Source: Opitutia bacterium KCR 482 (GTDB taxonomy: Bacteria; Verrucomicrobiota; Verrucomicrobiia; Opitutales; Intestinicryptomonadaceae). From it: a DNA stretch of 32,000 nt. A program made the translations under genes and the position numbers. Within the stretch, counting starts at the first letter, position 1; each line of letters begins with the position of its first letter. The notes below the pieces were generated by a model. The model was not told the DNA's origin, made no database searches, and was given only the letters and a program-made list of their open reading frames with translations. Location: positions 2,270,729-2,302,728 of the forward strand of contig CP149973.1 of the NCBI GenBank assembly GCA_029269845.2, in the 5' to 3' direction. This document shows, one piece after another, positions 24,155 through 32,000 of the stretch.

Positions 24155-26230
24155 CTATTTCGGCAAGCCGATTTTTCCGCCGAGAATGCTTTTCACGAGG
24201 GGATTGTTTCCGAAGTATTTTTCGACGTCTGAAAGAGTCCACTCGCCGCCTATTTTCGGGGCTTCGGAGGGCTTGAGCGCGGCTTTCGTGTTAGACAGTT
24301 TGAAGTCGCCCCAATAGGGCGGTGGGGTTTTGTAGAGCAGGTTGTGCTCGAAAACGTTGAACCTCTCGCGCGTTGTGGTGAAGAAGTTTTCGAGGCTTTT
24401 GTATTTTTTGTACGGCTCGGACTCGATGTCCACGACTTTTTTGAGCCTAAATAAATACTCTTCGAAAAATACTTTTTTCCAGCGTTTGTCGCTCCAGCGG
24501 CTGTGCGCGGCGGACGCGTCGCATTCTATAAACACGTTTTTCGAAACAATGTTGTCGTGCCCGCCGTGCAGGAAGACCGCCGCGAAAACGTCTGAACTTC
24601 CGGGGGTGCCGCTGCGGCAGAAAATGTTTTTCGAAATTTTCATGCCGCCCGAACCGTCGTCGATGTAGACGGCGCAGACCTTCGAGTCGGGATTTGCCGC
24701 GCGTATGTTCGAGAAGAAATTATTTTCTATTACGATTCCCTTGTTCGACGGGTCGCGCCCCGTGTAGATTGCTCCCATGTCGGAGGCGTTTGCGCAGGCG
24801 TCTTCGAAAGAGTTGTTGCGTATCGAAATGTCGTTGCCCCCGAACGAGAGCAGCTGGTGCTCCGCCCCGCGCAGGCGGCAATGCTCGACTACCGTTCCTA
24901 CGCCTCCGATTGAAATCGACGGCGCGTAGTTGCGCTTTACCCGACAATTCCAGAAGAAATCGCAGGCGCGGACGATATTTCCCGACGGCAGAAGCTTTTT
25001 TCTGTCGCCGCCTGTAATGCGCAGTCCGCCGCTTCCGTTGTCGGCGAAGCGGCAATTTTCGAAAACGTAGTCGTTGCGCGGCCTGTATTCGTAGCCCTCC
25101 GCGTTTGCTCCGAAGCCGCCGAAATTCGAGAACTCGCAGTTTGATATTTTCACGTTGTTCGAGTCCGCAACCGCCAATCCGACGCTGCGCCCCGCCGAGA
25201 ATTTTATGCCCGAAACGGAGACGTCCTTCGATTCCGAAATTTTAAGAATCGGCGATTCGAGCGTGGAGAAATCTATGTGCTGCCCCTTTTTCGGCGGCTT
25301 GGAAAGCATCACGAAAAACATTCCGCGCTTGCGGTCGATGTAGTATTCGAGCGGCTCGTCGATTTCTTCGAGAAGATTGTAGACAACGTAGCCGCGCACG
25401 GAAACGTCCTGCTTGTTCGTTGCGAGTTCGGGGACGGAGCTGAGCACGCCGTAGCTTGTGGGAAATTGAAGCTCGACGGTCTTTTGCTTCGGGTCGATTT
25501 TTTTGACGAGCTGGTGGTCGTCCGCCCAGCCGACCGAGAACGTGCCCGAAAGCCAAATGTCGTCGTGTTTCAGCCACGATTCGGGGATTTCGTGCGCGGC
25601 TTTGAAAATTGCGCCGCCTTTCTCGGCGTCCGACACCCCCAGCTTTTTGCGCCACTCCTTCGACTGCACCGCGCCGATTTTGAGAACTTCGCCTATGCGC
25701 AGAATCCCATTGTTCGGGAATTTTGCAAGCCGCAATCCGCGCTCCGCGCTGTAAAACGCCTCCATTTGCATTGGCTTGTTTTGCGCTCCGAAGCCGCGCT
25801 TCGCCATTTTGCCGTAGTCGGTCAGCCCGAATTTTTTGAGATCAAGGCAGTAAAGCACTCCCTTGCTTGGTTTGCGGAGACTGCCGAGAATTTGCGGGTC
25901 ATCGACCCTTTTCAAATTCTCCGCGCCTATGCGCTTTGCGCCTATAAACTCGACGCATTTCCCCGCGCCCGATTCGCCCGTTATCGAAATCTTCGACTTC
26001 GATTTTTCAATGCCCGCCGTTTGCGAGAACTCGTAGACGCCCGACTTTACGAATATTTCGCCGCCCGCGCAGTCTTTCAGCGCCCGCGCAAGCGTCGCAT
26101 ACGGCTTTGCTTCCGAGCCGTCGCCCGATGCGTCCGAGCCGCTTTGCGCCACGAAAATTTTGCCGCCCGCGGCCGCGCACGCCGAAGCCGCCGACAAAAA
26201 GAGCAAGTTAAGAAAAATCCGTCCCGACAT
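24155..26230 (-). CDS. Secreted right-handed parallel beta-helix protein (pectin-lyase-fold; putative polysaccharide lyase/hydrolase)
   Basis: Signal peptide MSGRIFLNLLFLSAASACAAAG. Repeated ~22-25 aa coils with N/G/I periodicity (ISNCEFSNFGG, FENCRFADNGSGG, IRNNSFEDA, IENNFFSNI). Perfect GGAGGA 6 nt upstream of the ATG. Confidence 0.75.
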   Translation of the reverse strand: MSGRIFLNLLFLSAASACAAAGGKIFVAQSGSDASGDGSEAKPYATLARALKDCAGGEIFVKSGVYEFSQTAGIEKSKSKISITGESGAGKCVEFIGAKRIGAENLKRVDDPQILGSLRKPSKGVLYCLDLKKFGLTDYGKMAKRGFGAQNKPMQMEAFYSAERGLRLAKFPNNGILRIGEVLKIGAVQSKEWRKKLGVSDAEKGGAIFKAAHEIPESWLKHDDIWLSGTFSVGWADDHQLVKKIDPKQKTVELQFPTSYGVLSSVPELATNKQDVSVRGYVVYNLLEEIDEPLEYYIDRKRGMFFVMLSKPPKKGQHIDFSTLESPILKISESKDVSVSGIKFSAGRSVGLAVADSNNVKISNCEFSNFGGFGANAEGYEYRPRNDYVFENCRFADNGSGGLRITGGDRKKLLPSGNIVRACDFFWNCRVKRNYAPSISIGGVGTVVEHCRLRGAEHQLLSFGGNDISIRNNSFEDACANASDMGAIYTGRDPSNKGIVIENNFFSNIRAANPDSKVCAVYIDDGSGGMKISKNIFCRSGTPGSSDVFAAVFLHGGHDNIVSKNVFIECDASAAHSRWSDKRWKKVFFEEYLFRLKKVVDIESEPYKKYKSLENFFTTTRERFNVFEHNLLYKTPPPYWGDFKLSNTKAALKPSEAPKIGGEWTLSDVEKYFGNNPLVKSILGGKIGLPK

Positions 26231-26259
26231 AAAAAATCCTCCTGGGAAGTCGGAGGATT
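26231..26259 (-). terminator. Hairpin + U-tract between tsaC and the beta-helix gene; its 3' arm contains the downstream gene's Shine-Dalgarno
   Basis: Minus strand reads AATCCTCC-gacttccca-GGAGGATT-TTTT-ATG. The 8-bp stem is plus 26235-26242 with 26252-26259. The U-tract runs straight into the ATG at 26230. Confidence 0.6.
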
Positions 26260-26271
26260 ACAAAGACGCCC

Positions 26272-27246
26272 TTATTTGTCAAACTTTGTTTCCGCGCGGG
26301 AGAGCCTGTCGTTTACGGCTGTTCCCACGCCGACGTTCGGGACGCGCTGGCAGTAGAAGCCGTGCTCCGAAACTTTGTCGAGCGAGCGGAGCAGGGCGAA
26401 GAGGTTGCGGGCGGCCTCGCGCACGTCGCCGCTTTCGGTCAGCCAGAAGTCGCTTTTTTTCGGCGACGGCGGGCGTTTGAAATATATCGTCTCGCCCTTG
26501 AAGTCGGCGGGGATTTCGTCGGGCGACGTGAAAAGCGTAAGCCGCGACTTCGGGCTGTAATGGCTTTTCAGCATTCCCGGCGCCTGCGGGTGCGCCTCGT
26601 TTTTCTTGGGGGCTTTGTCTATTTCCTCTCCCAAAACCTCCTCGATTCTCGCGGCGTCAATCGGGCCGGGGCGCAGAAGCTTCTTCGGGCTTGATGTCAT
26701 CAGCACGATTGTGGATTCCACCCCGCATTCGCATTCGCCGCCGTCGAGAACAAAGTCTATCTTTTCGCCGAGCTGTTCGCGGACGTGCTCGGCGGTCGTC
26801 GGGCTGACGTAGCCGAACGGGTTTGCGCTGGGGGCGGCAATCGGGCGTTGCGACATTTCGATAAGCGCGTGCATAATCGGGTGTGACGGCATGCGCACGG
26901 CGACAGTGTCAAGCCCCGCGGTGACGATGTCGCCGATTTTTTCTGTGCGCGGCAGAATCATCGTGAGAGGGCCTGGCCAGAATTTTGCCGCAAGCTTTTC
27001 GGCGTCCGCCGTGAATCGCGCGACGGATTTCGCCATTTCCATGTCGGAGACGTGGACGATGAGCGGGTCGATGAACGGGCGTCCCTTGGCGGCGAAAATT
27101 TTTCTGACGGCGGATTCGTTCGTTGCGTCCGCGGCAAGACCGTAGACGGTTTCGGTGGGGACTCCGCCGATGCCGCCCGCTAAAATAAAATCGGCCGCGA
27201 GGCGAATGTCGCATTGCGGCCGTGAAATTTGCTTGTCTTTGCTCAT
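26272..27246 (-). CDS. tsaC: L-threonylcarbamoyladenylate synthase, long Sua5/YwlC type (TsaC domain + Sua5 C-terminal domain)
   Basis: GGIGGVPTETVYGLAADATNESAVRKIFAAKGRPFIDPLIVHV and PGPLT.ILP, SANPFG motifs. 324 aa length fits the two-domain Sua5 form. Confidence 0.92.
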   Translation of the reverse strand: MSKDKQISRPQCDIRLAADFILAGGIGGVPTETVYGLAADATNESAVRKIFAAKGRPFIDPLIVHVSDMEMAKSVARFTADAEKLAAKFWPGPLTMILPRTEKIGDIVTAGLDTVAVRMPSHPIMHALIEMSQRPIAAPSANPFGYVSPTTAEHVREQLGEKIDFVLDGGECECGVESTIVLMTSSPKKLLRPGPIDAARIEEVLGEEIDKAPKKNEAHPQAPGMLKSHYSPKSRLTLFTSPDEIPADFKGETIYFKRPPSPKKSDFWLTESGDVREAARNLFALLRSLDKVSEHGFYCQRVPNVGVGTAVNDRLSRAETKFDK

Positions 27247-27280
27247 GATACCGAACGGCGCGGGCGCCGCGGAATACCGC

Positions 27281-27466
27281 CTACTTCATCAGAAGCATGT
27301 TGCGGGCGTGCTTGACAGTCTTTTTAACGTGGCGCTGTTCTTTGGAGGTAAGACCCGTGAATTTGCGCGGCAGGATTTTACCCGTTTCCGTGACGTAGCG
27401 GCCGAGCGCTTCCGTTTCGGTGAAGGTGATTTCTGCTACATTCTTTTTCTTTGATTCTTCTGTCAT
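27281..27466 (-). CDS. rpsR: 30S ribosomal protein S18 (short form)
   Basis: LGRYVTETGKILPRKFTGLTSKEQRHVKKTVKHARNMLLM aligns with the S18 core (L..YITE.GKI.P.RITG...K.QR.L..AIK.AR.L.LLP). It is not adjacent to rpsF, ssb or rplI. Confidence 0.88.
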   Translation of the reverse strand: MTEESKKKNVAEITFTETEALGRYVTETGKILPRKFTGLTSKEQRHVKKTVKHARNMLLMK

Positions 27467-27865
27467 ATTGGTGTGGTTTATACGTTTTAAATAAAAATAT
27501 TAAAGCAATAGTGGCGCAGAGGATTTCCATTGCAAGCCATTTTTTTATTTTTTTTTGCGCCCGCCGTCCAAGTTCCGTGCGGGTGTTTTTTTTCGCTGGG
27601 GCGGGGGCTGGGAGACTTTTTTGTGCGTTTATGGGCGGGGCGGAGCAAAAATTTTGCGCGTCGCGTGGTGCGCTCGCCGCTATTTTTGCGCGACAATACG
27701 AAAATAAACAAATCCCGCCGATTCGGGAAGAGTTTAGATTTCATTGTATTGCAAAAATTCGTAGGGCGAGTCGGGTTTTGCGCGTTAAAAAAATGCAAAA
27801 TTTTGAAAAAAAATACTTGCAATCAAACCCGAAAAGTACATCGTGTATGACCTTATTAAAGACCT

Positions 27866-27942
<77 letters not shown>

Positions 27943-27957
27943 GTCTTTTTTTTAAGA

Positions 27958-27986
27958 AAACGACCGTTCCGACGGCCGTTTTTTTG
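27958..27986 (+). terminator. Intrinsic terminator after tRNA-Arg
   Basis: AAACG(A)CCGT pairs with ACGG(C)CGTTT with one mismatch, loop TCCG, followed by a T-run (27979-27986). Confidence 0.6.
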
Positions 27987-28075
27987 TTTTTCGGTTTTTG
28001 GAATTATTCACCGCTTGTATCGGGGTGTGGGGTGTCGCTGTTGGGCGCGTTTTTGCGCGGGTGCGCGAATGTCCG

Positions 28076-28870
28076 CTATTTGATTTTGCGGTAGTAGACT
28101 TTATTGAGGGTCAGTCCCTTTGCGGGGGCTGCCTGAAATTTTCGGTGCCCGCGCGTTTTCGATTCGAGCGTTTCGGCGATTTCCTCCGCCGTGAGTTTTC
28201 CCAAGCCCGCTTCCACAAGCGCGCCCACGAGCATGCGCACCATTTTATACATGTAGCCGCTTCCGCGCGTCGAGAACGTTATTGTGTGTCCGCGGCGTTT
28301 TGCGCGGAGTTCGAAAATCGTTTTGACGGGGTTTTCCTTTGCGTCTGTTCCGCGGCTTGCGCTGAATGCGGTGAAGTCGTGCGTGCCGAGCAGGATTTGC
28401 GCGGCGCGGTTTACGGCGTCGAGGTCGAGCCTGCGGAGTCCGAGCGACCACTCGTAGCGGGTCGATTTCGGGTCGGCGTCGCCCTCGCAGATTTTATATA
28501 CATATCGTTTGCCCTTCGCCGAGTAGCGGGCGTGGAAGTCTTTGCCGACCTTTTCTACCGACAGGATTTGGAGCGAATCGGGGTAGCCGCATTTTAGGGC
28601 GGCAAGCAATGCGGCGTCGCCGTGCCGCCATTTTGCGTCGAAGTGGAAGGTTTGGGCGTCGGCGTGCACGCCGGAGTCCGTGCGTCCGCTGCCGTGGATT
28701 CGCGTCTTGCGCTTGAAAATCTGTTCGAGCCGCCTTTCGATGAAATCCTGAACCGACATGCCGTTTGGCTGCGACTGCCAGCCGCAAAAGTCGGTGCCGT
28801 CGTACGCGCAGACGCATTTGAAGCGCGATTCGGGAATGTCGGCGTCGGGGGAGGGCAGGGGCGTTTTCAT
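28076..28870 (-). CDS. truA: tRNA pseudouridine(38-40) synthase
   Basis: RFKCVCAYDGTDFCGWQSQPN, the catalytic GSGRTDSGVHA motif, and FTAF..... and YMYKMVR motifs. ATG at 28870 overlaps the ruvX TGA as ATGA. Confidence 0.92.
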   Translation of the reverse strand: MKTPLPSPDADIPESRFKCVCAYDGTDFCGWQSQPNGMSVQDFIERRLEQIFKRKTRIHGSGRTDSGVHADAQTFHFDAKWRHGDAALLAALKCGYPDSLQILSVEKVGKDFHARYSAKGKRYVYKICEGDADPKSTRYEWSLGLRRLDLDAVNRAAQILLGTHDFTAFSASRGTDAKENPVKTIFELRAKRRGHTITFSTRGSGYMYKMVRMLVGALVEAGLGKLTAEEIAETLESKTRGHRKFQAAPAKGLTLNKVYYRKIK

Positions 28871-29307
28871 TTTGCGGAGGTTTCGAGGTATTCTTGAAGG
28901 AAGAGCGAGCACGCGCGGGAGTCTATGTCGCCGCTGCGCCTGTGCTTTTGCCGCGCGGCGACCGATTTTTTCGTCTTCGACGACATCGCGAAAAAGTCCT
29001 GCTCGGCCTGATACGAGCTTAGGCGTTCGTCGGTTCTGTCAACGGGAAGCCCGAAGCGTTTTTCGATTTCGGCGATGAATCCGTCGACCTCTCGCGCTTT
29101 GTCGCCCACGCTGCCGTCCATGTTGTAGGGGTATCCGACGACGATTTTGTGAATGCGGCGCATTTTGATTTCGTCGGCAATCTGCGAGAGCCTTGCTTCG
29201 AGGGTCGGCTGGACCGCCGCGGGTATCGGCACTGCGACTCCCAGCGTTGTGTCGGCGTACGCCAGTCCGATTCTTTTGTGTCCGTAGTCTATTCCCAATA
29301 AATTCAC
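28867..29307 (-). CDS. ruvX: Holliday-junction resolvase-like nuclease RuvX/YqgF
   Basis: (M)NLLGIDYGHKRIGLAYAD, IVVGYPYNMDGS and the C-terminal LSSYQAE... motifs. Start assigned to the GTG at 29307, because the ATG at 29376 would place 23 odd residues across the upstream terminator hairpin. Confidence 0.86.
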   Translation of the reverse strand: MNLLGIDYGHKRIGLAYADTTLGVAVPIPAAVQPTLEARLSQIADEIKMRRIHKIVVGYPYNMDGSVGDKAREVDGFIAEIEKRFGLPVDRTDERLSSYQAEQDFFAMSSKTKKSVAARQKHRRSGDIDSRACSLFLQEYLETSAK

Positions 29308-29340
29308 GGCAAAATGTTTTAGCCGTTTTTGCGTCCGACA

Positions 29341-29385
29341 AAAGAAAAAACCGACGCCCCGCGGCATTTTCCGCAAGGGCGTCGG
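29341..29385 (-). terminator. Intrinsic terminator of the upstream glycosidase gene (usable in both directions)
   Basis: CCGACGCCC (29351-29359) pairs with GGGCGTCGG (29377-29385), with inner GCGG/CCGC pairs. The A-rich run 29341-29350 gives the U-tract on the minus strand. Confidence 0.75.
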
Positions 29386-29452
29386 TTTTGTTCCGCGCCG
29401 ATTGCCGCGCCCCGCGCGATTCTACGGGGAGGGCTCGGCGTTTGTCGGCATT

Positions 29453-31345
29453 CTACCGCTCTATTTCGAACAGCGCGGTGTCGGGCGACTTGAATTCATA
29501 TTCGAAGCTGTCGGCATTTTCCGCCACGACTTTCCCCGTGAAGAGTTCCGTAGCCTTTTTGCATTTGCCTTTCAGCGACACCGTTTTTTTGCCGCCTTTT
29601 GCGACGTGCACGCAGAGCAGTTTTTGGTTTGCGTACACGGGGACGTTTTCGTCGGAATAGAAGTGGACTCCAGCGTTCTTTGCGATTTCCCTCATCGTTT
29701 CGGTCGAGGAGTCGTCGGGGTCGGCGATATAGACGCTTGTCCAGCCGCCCATGTCCTTTTTGTTTACGCCCTTTACGCCGAATTTGAAGCCGCAGAATTT
29801 TTCGACGCGTTCGGGGGCGAGATTTTTGCCGTCGCTGATTGCGGGCGCGTAGGAGCTTACGACCGTGCGGCCGTCGTGCAGTATGTATTTTTCGAGCAGT
29901 TCGCGGCGTTCGGGCGTGATTTCAAACATGTGCGGGAATATCACAAGCCTGTATTTCGAGAGGTCGATTTTCCCGATGTCCGAGAACGAGAACGTCTCGA
30001 CGGGCGCGCCGATTTTCGAGATGTCGTTTTGCAGCTTCGTGCGGTATTTCGCGTTCTTCCACTTTTGCGCGAGAAGAATCGAGCTTTGCGTATCGAACAC
30101 GACCGCGATTTCCGCCTCCGTAGGCGACGTATCCGAGGCGAATTTGCCCCAAATTTCGCGTCCCTTTCTGACCGTTTCGAGCGTTTCGGGCGTCGAGAAT
30201 ACCTTGCCCCACATGTCGAAGCACCAGAGCGACGTGTGGTTTACGGTGGCGAGCGCGAACTCCCTTTTCAGCCCGGCGTCGTCCTCGCTCTGGTCTTTCC
30301 AGTTGGCGACGTTTTTGATGCGAACGTATTCCGAAAGCTGGTGGTTGAAGGTGTGCGTGCGGTGGTCGATTTCGTGCAGCCAGCCCTTGCCGAGACGCGT
30401 GCGCGTGGCGTTGGGCGTCATGAAGCCGCTCGCTTCTCCCATGGCGCGGAGGGTGTAGTTCCCCGGGGAGACGAAAAAGTCGAAGTTGGGGTCGGCAAAG
30501 ACTTTTTCGTACGCCATGTGCCCGTCGAGCGCGTTTCTGTGCACATAGCCGAAGAACGAGCCAATCTGCTTGTCTTTTGAAATTTTTTGCCGCGCGATTT
30601 TCGCGAAGTCCGACATCGCCTCCGCGACCGCCTCGTTTGCGAATTTCGCGTATTCGACCGCCGCCGAATTCGGCTCGTGGAGTTCGCCGAAAGTGGGTGC
30701 AAAAATTTTCGAGAGCGGGGGAATGTCGGCGTCGGGCTTTTTGTTCTTTTTTAGCCACGCGTGCCATGCGGCGATTTTGCAGGGGCTTGACACGCCGAGA
30801 GTGTAGTCGAGCCATTCGTCGGTGTGTCCGCAGGCGAGCATGTATGCGCAGATTTTGTCGCCGAATTTCTTTTCGGCGCGGTCGAGGTAGTCTTTCAGAT
30901 AGCGTTCCGTCGCCTTTTTCCACTGGCGGCAGACGAGCGAGTTCGAAAGCATCGAGAAGCTATCCGAGTCGAACGTGTGTCCGAACGACATTGTGCGCAT
31001 AAGCCACGGCGCGGAGTTGAGGTCTACAATGCAGATTATTTTCGCGTTCGGGTTTGCGGCAATGACGTCTTCGAACTGTTTGTCGAACGCCTTCCAGTCG
31101 TACTGTCCGTCGCCGCGCCAGAATACGGGGTATTGGCAGTACGGCTCTCCGAGCGAGTTTGTCGTGTTGGAGGGCATGATTGTTATTGTGTTCACGCCGA
31201 CTCCGCCAAAATTCTTCATTGCCTCGAATTCCGCAAAGAACGAGCGGTATGCGAAAAACCTTTCCTTTACCTCCCCGAAGAGCGTTGTTGCCGAAACCGC
31301 CGCGAGGGCGACGAGCGCGAGTTTTTTGAGATTTATATTAGCCAT
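29453..31345 (-). CDS. Secreted TIM-barrel glycosidase candidate with a GH42-like middle (trimerisation/GATase-like) domain; family uncertain
   Basis: Start MANINLKKLALVALAAVSATTLFG at 31345; the upstream 111 codons of the track ORF are AT-rich junk. The N-terminal barrel has ...IVDLNSAPW.., ACGHTDEW and LHEIDHRTH strands. The YRLVIFPHMFEITPERRELLEKYILHDGRTVV segment resembles the GH42 middle domain. Confidence 0.7.
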   Translation of the reverse strand: MANINLKKLALVALAAVSATTLFGEVKERFFAYRSFFAEFEAMKNFGGVGVNTITIMPSNTTNSLGEPYCQYPVFWRGDGQYDWKAFDKQFEDVIAANPNAKIICIVDLNSAPWLMRTMSFGHTFDSDSFSMLSNSLVCRQWKKATERYLKDYLDRAEKKFGDKICAYMLACGHTDEWLDYTLGVSSPCKIAAWHAWLKKNKKPDADIPPLSKIFAPTFGELHEPNSAAVEYAKFANEAVAEAMSDFAKIARQKISKDKQIGSFFGYVHRNALDGHMAYEKVFADPNFDFFVSPGNYTLRAMGEASGFMTPNATRTRLGKGWLHEIDHRTHTFNHQLSEYVRIKNVANWKDQSEDDAGLKREFALATVNHTSLWCFDMWGKVFSTPETLETVRKGREIWGKFASDTSPTEAEIAVVFDTQSSILLAQKWKNAKYRTKLQNDISKIGAPVETFSFSDIGKIDLSKYRLVIFPHMFEITPERRELLEKYILHDGRTVVSSYAPAISDGKNLAPERVEKFCGFKFGVKGVNKKDMGGWTSVYIADPDDSSTETMREIAKNAGVHFYSDENVPVYANQKLLCVHVAKGGKKTVSLKGKCKKATELFTGKVVAENADSFEYEFKSPDTALFEIER

Positions 31346-32000
31346 TTCCTTATGTATGTGTGTTGTTGTAGAAGCCAATTCTTTTGGTGTTTTGTCGGTT
31401 TTTGCAAGATTATTGTTGAAAAACCGCTTTTTTGTAGCGCGGGCGAAAAAAATTTTTTCGTAAGTGGGGCATTTGAAATTTCGAAAAAGATTCAAAAATG
31501 TACAATTTTTTGCATTTATACCGTGATGCCGACCTTGGCAAAGGCGCGAATAATGGGCGTTTGGAACTTGTCCGAGGAGGCGGTTTTGCGTAAAATGGCG
31601 GTCTGCTTTTGTTCGAATTTTATAATATTCGGAAAAATTAAAACTTGCGCGGAATCGAAAGCGGCGGAGGCTTGGCAAGTTTTTTCTTCAAAAAATTTTT
31701 CACATTGAAATTGTGAATAACTTGTAAAAAACTTCTTCTTGCAAGTTTTGGCGATAGGGTAGATTATGGGGGCATGTTTCAAGAAAGCGTGTCCGACATT
31801 CGCTGTCCTCCGCGCTTTTTTAATCCCGACAGGGTGTTGGGGTTGAAGCATAACTAACTTTACAGCAAAAATTTATAAAAAGATTGTGCATTATTCGCAA
31901 AGGAATGCGGAATATGCAAATTTGCAACTGCCCGAACACCATGTTGTTTGCGGAGACGTTTCAAATTTCGCTTGACCGCCGCTTCCCTTTATTGTGAATA

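Noticed and set aside
31671-31690. Sigma-54-like TGGCA element (CTTGGCAAGTTTTTTCTTCA)
   Set aside because: The GG to GC spacing does not fit the -24/-12 consensus; no GC lies at the required distance.
31516-31851. 111-aa minus-strand ORF in the AT-rich region upstream of the GH42-like gene
   Set aside because: It lies in AT-rich DNA with K/F/T-biased translation, no start context, and overlap with palindromic non-coding features. It is more likely non-coding control DNA.

Overview
This is a GC-rich chromosomal segment from a diderm bacterium. Evidence for diderm: FadL-type and other beta-barrel outer-membrane proteins with aromatic C-termini, and many Sec signal peptides. A saccharolytic PVC/Lentisphaerae-like organism is only a guess. 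I call about 31 CDS, one tRNA and about a dozen intrinsic terminators. Most content is housekeeping, with a strong tRNA/translation flavour: argS, rpsT, dus, trmH, tsaC/sua5, rpsR, tRNA-Arg(ACG), truA. Other core genes are dprA, ruvX, a pabB-pabC fusion, djlA, acpP-fabF and a PduO-type corrinoid adenosyltransferase. A 5'-truncated BtuF-like binding protein opens the window. Four secreted CAZyme-like proteins are dispersed among these genes: a clan GH-A enzyme, a six-hairpin-like protein, a parallel beta-helix protein and a GH42-like protein. There is also an MFS sugar permease and several unassignable proteins (243, 173, 307, 107 and 82 aa). I see no CRISPR array, transposase, integrase, phage genes or recognisable defence genes, and I cannot honestly point to a convincing new multigene system. 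The best leads are modest. (1) A low-GC RHH-like mini-gene with a Cys4 tail and palindromic operators, followed by 334 bp of hairpin-dense non-coding DNA upstream of dprA. (2) A tandem 34-bp repeat carrying GTTCWWGAAC palindromes in a divergent promoter region. (3) A bifunctional-nuclease/Dus/TrmH operon linking a nuclease to two tRNA D-loop modifiers. (4) Terminator hairpins whose U-tracts abut the next start codon, one of which sequesters a perfect GGAGGA. The many very long ORFs antisense to real genes are compositional artefacts.
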